Part shown: positions 55,594 to 64,000 of the stretch, piece after piece
How the letters are laid out: each line of letters opens with the position of its first letter
Numbering within the stretch: position 1 is the first letter of the stretch
Assembly (NCBI GenBank): GCA_964016885.1
Contig: OZ024753.1
Location: 7,688,001-7,752,000, forward strand
Direction: 5' to 3'
DNA length: 64,000 nt
DNA from: Eledone cirrhosa
Taxonomy: Eukaryota
Notes under the pieces: generated by a model
Database searches by the model: none
What the model was told of the DNA's origin: nothing
What the model saw: only the letters and a program-made list of their open reading frames with translations
Translations under genes and position numbers: made by a program

Positions 55594-55768
55594 ATACTTT
55601 GGGAGGGTCATGTTGCCAATAAGAAACACACGCACCAGTTGCTTTCACTTCAATTTATTATATATTTATAAATTTATAAATTTACAAATCTACAAACTTA
55701 TAAGTTTCTGGTTGGTTGGTTGGTTCCACAACCAGATATTGGCAACATGACCCTCCCAAAGTATAACA
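55590..55768. mobile_element. 179-bp MITE with TGT..ACA TIRs and ATAT target duplication (Ginger-like)
   Basis: TGTTATACTTTGGGAGGGTCATGTTGCCAATA / TATTGGCAACATGACCCTCCCAAAGTATAACA, perfect 32-bp TIR. Confidence 0.8.
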
Positions 55769-55826
55769 ATATCGGTTTCAACACACGATTTCAGATAAAG
55801 AATCTTGCTAAACAAATTCAGAAACG

Positions 55827-55894
<68 letters not shown>

Positions 55895-55967
55895 TTATTT
55901 ATTTCTCTAAAGATAATTTTTCACATTCTACCCTGCCTGTCCCTTCAATCTTTGTAATTTCTCATTC

Positions 55968-56100
55968 TTTCTTCTGACGAAGGACTAGCATCTGAAACGT
56001 TAACACCCTCTTCCTGCTATTTCAAGCACTAAACTAATATATTCCTTCCATATACTGTACCAATTGTGTTGTTATTTCTGTTTATTTTTACATGCATAGA
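55968..56100 (+). ncRNA. degenerate minimal hammerhead motif with tail
   Basis: CTGACGA-AGGActagcaTCT-GAAA-CGTTAA; stem I does not pair; tail CCTTCCATATACTGTACC.ATTGTGTTGTTATTT also occurs at about 16440-16475. Confidence 0.4.
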
Positions 56101-56654
56101 TCTTTTGCGCTAGTGTGATAATGGTAAAAACAATTGCCTTACTTGATCTTATGTTATCAGAGATATACTATCATAAGGGATCAGTCATATTGACATCAGG
56201 TGCCAGTGTTGGAGATGGGTTGGAGGGTAAAATTGAGCTGTATCATGATAATCACAGCTTTCTCTTTATTTTTCTACCTTCATGTGTGTAAGAGGAGGGA
56301 AAGGAGAGATAACTTTTCAACAACTGTGAATTGAAACTTGATCACAAATAAGCGATGAGAAAGTCTGAAGACTGACCACATATATATGGCTGTACTGCTC
56401 ACACAGAAGGTTTATTGTCAACAATAAAAACAAATAAATTGAGGACAGGCTGTATTTAAAATGGAAATAGAATTCACTAGATAGTAGTGCCATGATTAAA
56501 TTCCAAGGTAGGATTTCTCTTTTGACAAAAAGATTGCCCCATAAAATAAATGCTTGGCTTTATTGGAAACAATAAATCTTGTAGCTTGATACTTATAATT
56601 TTTCTTGTTTGTTAAGATATCAAGTGTCAGCTTTGTAGTTGATGCTTATCTCAG

Positions 56655-56718
56655 TGTGTACCTAGCTGTGTGTATGTGTGTGTGTGTGTGTGTGAGAGTG
56701 TACGTGTGTGTGTCTGTG

Positions 56719-56753
<35 letters not shown>

Positions 56754-57094
56754 AGATGTAGGTGTGAGCATTTGTGTGTGTGTGTGTGAGTTGAATGTGT
56801 AGATGTAAATGAGAGCATTTATCTGTGTATGGGCATTTATGTGTGCGTGCATGTGTGCTTGAGTGTGTGTGTGTGTGTGTGTAGGTGTGAGCATTTGTGT
56901 GTGTGTGTGTCTGAGTTGAATGTGTAGATGTAGATGAGAGCATTTATGTGTGTGGGCATTTATGTGTGCGTGTGTGTGTGTGTATGTGTGTAAATGTAAG
57001 TGTGAGCATTTGTGTGCGTGTGTGAGTTGAATGTGTAGATGTAAATGAGAGCATTTATCTGTGTGGGCATTTATGTGTGCGTGCATGTGTGCTT

Positions 57095-57129
<35 letters not shown>

Positions 57130-57595
57130 TGAGCATTTTGTGTGTGTATGTGTGTAAATGTAGATGTGAGCATTTGTGTGTGTGTGTGTCTGAGTTGAAT
57201 GTGTAGATGTAGATGAGAGCATTTATGTGTGTGGGCATTTATGTGTGCGTACATGTGTGTGTGTGTGTATGTGTGTAAATGTAAGTGTGAGCATTTGTGT
57301 GTGTGTGTGTTGAATGTGTAGATGTAGATGAGACCATTTATGTGTGCGTGCATGTGTGTTTGTGTGTGTGTAGGTGTGAGTATTTTGTTTGTGTGTGTTT
57401 AAATGTAGGTGTGAGCATTTGTGTGTGTGTGTGTCTGAGTTGAATGTGTAGATGTAGATGAGAACATTTATGTGTGTGTGGGCATTTATGTGTGCATGTG
57501 TGTGTGTATGTGTGTGTGTGTATGTGTGTGTGTATGTATGTGGATATGTGTGTATGTGTGTGTGTATGTGTGTATATGTGTGTATGTGTGTATGG

Positions 57596-57640
<45 letters not shown>

Positions 57641-57703
57641 AGTGTGTGTGTATGTATGTGTGTATGTGTGTGTGTGTGTATGTATGTGTGTGTGTCTGTG
57701 AGT

Positions 57704-57736
<33 letters not shown>

Positions 57737-57757
57737 AGTGTGTGTGTGTGTGTGTGC
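56655..57757. repeat. GT-based composite satellite (GAGTTGAATGTGTAGATGTAGATGAGAGCATTT units)
   Basis: direct reading. Confidence 0.9.
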
Positions 57758-57984
57758 AGAATAGTATATGTATGCATGTAAGACAGATTTCCACAGATAA
57801 ATGGATAAAAGTTCACCTCCATATGATAGAGAACATATACGTGGGGTGTGGGGTGGTGGAGAGGTGTGGGTTGGGGAGAGGTGTTGGGTGGGGGAGATGT
57901 GTGGGGGGTGGAGAGGTGTGGGTGAGGAGAGGGGGTGGAGAGGGGGGGGTTATCATGTATGTGTCTGTATGACAGAGATGTGTG

Positions 57985-58285
57985 TGTCTAGGAGAGAGGA
58001 GAAAGAGGAGTAGAGTCAGAGAGAGAAAGAGAGAGAGAGTAAGAGAGTGGAGAATGTGAAAGTAAATGTGGTGTGGGTAGAGGGGGGAAAGGTGTGACGA
58101 TGTATGTGTATGTATAAGAGAGATATGTGTGTGTGAGTGTCTAGCAGAGAGAGCATGAGAGAGAGTGAAAGAGAGAGAGTGAAGAGAGGAGAGAGAGAGT
58201 GAAAGAGAGAGTGGTAGAGAGAGAGTTGGAGAGAAAGAGTTAGAGAGAGTGAAAGAGAGAGAGAAGAGAGGAGAGAGAGAGTGAA

Positions 58286-58316
<31 letters not shown>

Positions 58317-58725
58317 ACAGAGAGACAAACCGGGAGAGAGGAAGAGAAGGAAAGCGAGAGACATAGAGAGAGAGTGAAAGAGAGAAACAGAGAGACAAAC
58401 CGAGAGAAGAAGAGAAGGAAAGAGAGAGACAGAGAGAGAGAGAGAGTGAAAGAGAGTGACAGAGAGAGATAGTGAAAGAGTGAGACAGAGAGACAAACCG
58501 AGAGAAGAGAAGGAGAGAGACATAGAGAGAGAGTGAAAGAGAGAGACAGAGAGACAAACCGAGAGAAGAAGAGAAGGAAAGAGAGAGACAGAGAGAGAGA
58601 GAGTGAAAGAGAGAGACAGAGAGACAAACCGAGAGAAGAAGAGAAGGAAAGAGAGAGACAGAGAGAGAGAGAGTGAAAAAGAGAGACAGAGAGAGATAGT
58701 GAAAGAGAGAGAGAGGAGAATATGA
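57985..58725. repeat. GA-based composite satellite (GAGACAGAGAGACAAACCGAGAGAAGAAG units)
   Basis: direct reading. Confidence 0.9.
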
Positions 58726-58996
58726 AAGTAAATGTACATAAATGAAAGCTAATATTTGGGTTAATTTGGTGGCGTGAGTTTATACACATAGCCATGTGTG
58801 TATGTGCATATACACGCACATATATGTGTATATGTGTATGTGTGAATGAATGTATACATACATACACACACTCACACATATATATATATATATATATATA
58901 TGTGTGAGTGTGTGTATGTGCATCTATGTATATATGTTTGTATGTAATTTAGTGCAGTGTAAGTGATGTGTTTATGTATGTATGCATATACGAATG

Positions 58997-59065
<69 letters not shown>

Positions 59066-59202
59066 GCATAGATGTATATATGTATTTATATATGTATGTA
59101 TTATATGGATGTATCTATGTATCTGTGCATGCATTTATGAACTTATGTATGTATGTATGTGTGCATGCAAGCATGCATGTATGTATATATTTATGCATGT
59201 AT

Positions 59203-59660
59203 GTCAAAGGGAAAAGGAGCTCTTAAGAGTCAATGACCATCCAAAATCACCGGGAGAGATGACCCCTTAGCCTTTGTCAAGGCAGAATTCTAGGAGAAGG
59301 AAAACTCTGATATAACACCAGCAACCCTGATGGTATCCAATGATGTTGACTTGTTATTCTTTTTGGTAAATATAATCTTGGTTAAGAGAGTAGGACTGGC
59401 TTTGTGCAGTGCCTTTGCTCACTATAAAAGCTTCACAGCACAGGCATTGCTTTATATCTGGAGATCTCTCTGCACTTGTCGTCACATGGTACCATGGGCC
59501 CAGCACTATGTGTCAATAATTGTCACAAGTGTAGTGTTTGTACCAGAGTTTTCAAGTCGCTGGCTGGACTAAAAAGTCACACTCGTTCAGTGCATCGGTA
59601 GGGGTTCTCCTACATGGATATAAAGTAGTGGCCGTACTCGAAAACGAGTTGGCAGCCACC
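59203..59660 (+). mobile_element. 5'-truncated copy of the RTE-derived element at 38313-38921
   Basis: near-identical reverse complement; the duplicated MVSNDVDL.. ORFs reflect this. Confidence 0.8.
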
Positions 59661-59721
59661 ATATATGCATGCATGTATGTATATATGCATGTATTTATGT
59701 ATGTATGCATGCATGTATTTC

Positions 59722-59812
59722 TTGGCAGTATCGGTAGAGGGCCGGACGCCATGCTTTCCAGCATAGTTATGTATCTTTACAATCTGAGTTCAAATCCCGA
59801 CGAGGTTGACTT
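59722..59812 (+). mobile_element. family A SINE head
   Basis: TGGCAGTATCGG..GAGTTCAAATCCCG. Confidence 0.8.
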
Positions 59813-59813
59813 A

Positions 59814-60446
59814 GTCCACTACGATGATAAAAAGGTAGGGAGCCAATGTATCTCCCTGGAGCACTCCAGCCAGTATCTCAAAGAAGTCTGTCATCCCATC
59901 AGCTGTAATGACTTGGGCTTTGGTGTTGGTGTAGAGCAGTGATATCAGGTCCACTATCTTCTTGGGGATTCCATAAGCCTCTAAGATCTTCATCAGGCAG
60001 TGATGGTCCACAGAATCAAAGGCCTTCCTAAAGTCAACGAAAACCATGACCGCAGGAAGGCACTTTGCTCTAGCTCCCTCTAATATCCTCCTCAGCATCA
60101 GGATGTGACTGGTGTTTGATCTTCCCTCTCCGAAGCAGTTCTGGTTGTCCCTGAGCTTCTTCTCCATCTCAGGCTGGATCCTGTTAAGTATCATCCTGTT
60201 GAGGGTCTTTGCCACAAGTGACGTCAGTGAGATCCCCCTGTAGTTGTTGGTGTTAGAGAGATCTCCCTTCTTTGGCACTGGGACGATGTTACTGATCCTC
60301 CACTGATTCAGGGCAGCTCCTTTCTCCAGTGCCCGGTAACAGAACCCCAGGATGATATCATGAAAATCACACCTCTTCATCACCTCTGATGCCACTCCAT
60401 CTTCTCCATGAGCCTTGCCCTCCTTGATCCTCTTCTTGGCTCTCTG
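59814..60446 (-). mobile_element. LINE reverse transcriptase fragment (RTE-like), stop-free over about 210 codons
   Basis: VPVPKKGDLSNTNNYRGISLTS..FVDFRKAFDSVDH..GVLQGDTLAPYLFIIVVD; truncated before the YADD motif. Confidence 0.93.
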
Positions 60447-61155
60447 TATAAATATATATATGTTTATATATATAAGTATGTAATGCAATATATGTAATGT
60501 AATGTAATACTGAAGATATGTGTCAAACATACAGTTCAAAAGTAAGTCATTATTGGATGAAAGATAAAATAAATAACTAAATAACGGCAAGCACACATTG
60601 ATTCGAGTAGATTCCAGCCTTGTAAGGAAATTGAATCTCAATCAAGCTCGTAAAATATCTCCTGATGAAAGAAAATATATTACCAAGTATTTTTGAGAAG
60701 CCCTCACATAGTTGAAATGTTGTCTTTTCTTGGATGGAACTCTTTTGAGAAGAAGAGTAGTTTCCGTAGTCTATTGATTGTCCACTTGTGAATTCTCTGC
60801 CTGTATGAAAACCAACTTGTGAACAGGTTTTTACAGATACATGTGGCAAGACTAACATAAGGAAAATAAAAGCAAATGTATATATTTTTGTAATTTGTAT
60901 GTTGTATGGCAACTGCTATATCAATAATTGTTTCTATCTATCTATCTATTTATCTATTTATCTATCTATCTATATATCTATCTATCTATTGCTATATCTT
61001 TCTATCTATTTATTTATCTATCTATCTATCTATCTGAGTCAGGCGAGCATGCATCTACGTCCTTCTCTGGATCAAAAGCATAGCACACACCTTGTCTTTG
61101 CTTGTATCCTTAAAGCTTACCATTATTCCATTGGGATACATCTATTACACAATTT

Positions 61156-61213
61156 ACACCTGATGAGGTCACCGGGTTCATATGCAACTTGGCCAATGAA
61201 ATGTGTATAGTGT
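61156..61213 (+). ncRNA. type I hammerhead ribozyme motif (family of 16675)
   Basis: ACAC-CTGATGA-GGTCAccGGGTT..AACTTGGCCaat-GAAA-TGTGTA-TA-GTGT; distal CTATTAC/GTAATAG pairing. Confidence 0.7.
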
Positions 61214-61350
61214 TTACAGTAATAGAAAATTAAGGAAATTCAACATATTTGTCCTCCTGTTATTTCACTTTATAAAATATATATTTATATATATATATAT
61301 ATATATAAATTATATATATATATATATATATAAATTATATATATATATAT

Positions 61351-61545
61351 AAATTAGCGAGAATCGTATTTCAGCTCAGGAATTAACGAAAATCAACGTC
61401 CGATATGTGTGGCAAGCGCTCGATGAATCATATGAATCAGAGCTACAACATACGTTAAGGGCCAAACACACTGAGATGATGGTTAAACATATCATCCGCA
61501 CAGCCAAAACAAAACGACCAAGTAATTCGGGTCAAACAATAAAAA
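61351..61545 (+). mobile_element. family Y element
   Basis: AAATTAGCGAGAATCGTATTTC..CGGGTCAAACAAT. Confidence 0.65.
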
Positions 61546-61755
61546 TATATGTGTTGATAATTTCCCGGACCCTGGACTGATGGTAAAATCCAGTATTGGT
61601 TTCTGCGACTCCAAAATCAGGTACTGTCCGCCTACATAAAGAATGTTGGGCTTCTGGTGAGATGATGAACAAGCAAGTCGTGTTATCAACGGGTTTTGCT
61701 CCAAGATGCTATAGATAGTGTGGCTATTACTGACCCCTCGTGGGATTCAGCAAGG

Positions 61756-61837
<82 letters not shown>

Positions 61838-61865
61838 GATAGTCCTATATTCACAATGTTTAATG

Positions 61866-62290
61866 CCTTAGTCTTAGACTCTTCCGTGCCGTTCGGCGCA
61901 TCGAGCAGTAAGTACTCGCCAACGGTCACGATCAGCGGCAACCTTTTCGACTGTACCAGATGATGTTGGGTGCCATCAGGTCCTTCCGGAACGTCCGTTG
62001 CCAGGTGATCCTTGGGCAACCCCCACCTACGTTTACCGCCAGGCGGAGTCCAGTTCATCGCTGTTTTCGAATGCCGTTCATTTGGCAGATGCAGAATATG
62101 GCAGCCAGCCAGACGGCACCGACGCTCCATCGCCCCTCTCTGTAGCGTCCACGACTTGGCTCTCCGCAGGATCTCCTTGTTTCGCACTCGGTCACACGAG
62201 GACACACGAAGGATCTTTCACAGGCACCGCTGGTGGAAAGCGTTCAGCTGTCTCTCTATTTTTGCCGTACTCTTCCAGGTCTCGCTCGCA
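61866..62290 (-). mobile_element. RTE LINE 3' fragment (second family), frameshifted
   Basis: LNAFHQRCL..DRVRNKEILRRA..HILHLPNERHSKTAMNWTPPGGKRR; 3' end GCACGGAAGAGTCTAAGACTAAG. Confidence 0.85.
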
Positions 62291-62393
62291 TAAAGCACTG
62301 TTTTAATGTACATTGTAATATTTCTCTTATTTTCAAGTCATGCCCATTATCAATGGCATCCATCTACCAATCTCTCAATTTATCAATATCATG

Positions 62394-62425
<32 letters not shown>

Positions 62426-62602
62426 TATATATATACACCAGGATTTTTTCATTCTGATAAATGAAAGCAATTTTGGTTGCTTTCAAGAAACCACTGGTAA
62501 ATGAAATAATTATCTCATGTTGTTTATTACATAACTAATAAGCTCCGTAACCTACATAGAGCACTCTATTTTCCTGGACCTTTCCGACGGAATCACTTCA
62601 TT

Positions 62603-62643
<41 letters not shown>

Positions 62644-62669
62644 CCACACATGTGTGTGTATATATATAT

Positions 62670-62857
62670 AACGAAGGAGTTGTCGTAAGGAACCAGATGG
62701 ACCATAACGTACCAGAGTACTCAATACTTAGGGTAGCAGAGTGGGTAATAGGAGAAAGTACGACCCCGATGGCAGAGCTCAAGCCGTTTCTACAGATATT
62801 TCTGGACTAGCCGTCGAAACGGCTTGAGCTCTGCCGTCGGGGTCATACATTTTCCTA
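62670..62857 (-). mobile_element. fold-back element X (long and short arm)
   Basis: ..GACCCCGATGGCAGAGCTCAAGCCGTTTC / GAAACGGCTTGAGCTCTGCCGTCGGGGTC..TTCCTA. Confidence 0.8.
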
Positions 62858-62914
62858 TACCTTTCAATGTAAAGTTATGTTGGTCCCACAACATCCAGGC
62901 CGAAACAAATGAGA

Positions 62915-63275
62915 TCGTGTAGGTGTCACGACAAAAAAACACAGAGTCCACGCTGTAAATGTGGCCGTGTAGGCAACACGGTAAAAACCTCCCAGCCCCA
63001 CACTGTAAATGTGGTTGGTGTTAGGAAGGGCATCCAGCTGTAGAAAACCCTGCCAGACAGTCCACTCTGTAATGTGGCCGTGTAGGCAACACGGTAAAAA
63101 CCTCCCAGCCCCACACTGTAAATGTGGTTGGTGTTAGGAAGGGCATCCAACTGTAGAAAACCCGCCAGACAGTCCTATGCGAGCAAGACAACCACTCTTG
63201 CCTCAAGTGGGAAAACCCCCGTTCAAACCCATGCAAGCGTGGAACACGGACGCTAAACCTGATGATGATGATGAT
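62915..63275 (+). mobile_element. family C SINE with internal 112-bp duplication and (GAT)n tail
   Basis: CACTGTAAATGTGGTTGGTGTTAGGAAGGGCATCCA occurs twice; tail CCCATGCAAGCGTGGAACACGGACGCTAAAC. Confidence 0.8.
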
Positions 63276-63319
63276 ATATACATATATTTATACATAATAT
63301 TGATATGTATAGATATATC

Positions 63320-63366
<47 letters not shown>

Positions 63367-63380
63367 CATGTGTGCATGTG

Positions 63381-63426
<46 letters not shown>

Positions 63427-63960
63427 ATGTACATATATATCTTTTTGTTCTGCAACTATGATATATATGATGTATCTGAAATGCAGAGGGAACACGCCGA
63501 CATAGTTCCATTCCATTGTTGCCTATAGATTTTTATATTTTTATTGTAAAGTTCTAAGTGAGAACATTGCTGCCAGAATATGTGAAGACAAGCCATTGAT
63601 TGTTCCACATGAAATATTTCAGATTCTGCACTTGCTTAATGTCAATATGAAGATTTTCAAATCCCTCTGTAATCTCACCCTCTCTTTTACCATCCTAATG
63701 CTTAATCGATAGCCAGAGACTGTTTATGCATTAACCACACATTAAAGGATTTCTTGCTTGTATGCAAGTATTTATACATTACTATATACATATATGCATC
63801 TATATATACAGGAATATATGTGTGTGTATGTGTGTGTGTCTGTGTGATTATGTGTTTGTGTGAGTGAGTGAGTGTATGTGTGTGTATGTGTATACATACA
63901 TACAGTATACACCCCTATATATATATATATATATTATATATATATATATTATATATATAT

Positions 63961-63993
<33 letters not shown>

Positions 63994-64000
63994 ATATATT

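Noticed and set aside
60655-60710. Hammerhead at CTGATGA (60662)
   Set aside because: GAGA instead of GAAA and no convincing stem I or III.
59814-62290. A single RTE element joining the RT fragment and the C-terminal fragment
   Set aside because: On the minus strand the C-terminal piece lies upstream of the RT piece, which is the wrong order for one element.

Overview
This is repeat-saturated, AT-rich eukaryotic DNA with no intact protein-coding gene. The SINE families and the extreme (TA)n/(CA)n/(GA)n load suggest an octopus or other cephalopod intron or intergenic region, which is an inference. Almost every ORF in the supplied track is a translation of microsatellite or satellite. Recognisable content: tRNA-derived SINEs, 5'-truncated RTE LINEs and RTE-derived non-autonomous elements, a CRE-type restriction-like endonuclease fragment, an R4/Dong-like RT remnant, Tc1/mariner fossils, Tigger/pogo, piggyBac and Ginger-like MITEs, and many minisatellites. 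The main hidden signal is about ten type I hammerhead ribozyme (HHR) motifs of the Penelope-like-element kind (stem I-CTGANGA-stem II-GAAA-palindromic loop III-TH-stem I'). They belong to several unrelated short families sitting next to (TA)n tracts. In addition, a 10-copy asymmetric fold-back element is exactly the 3' half of a hammerhead (GAAA-CGGC-loop-GCCG-TC) folded back within its stem II hairpin. Together these point to a (TA)n-targeting ribozyme-retroelement system with hairpin self-priming. All structures were read by eye; no folding or database search was run.
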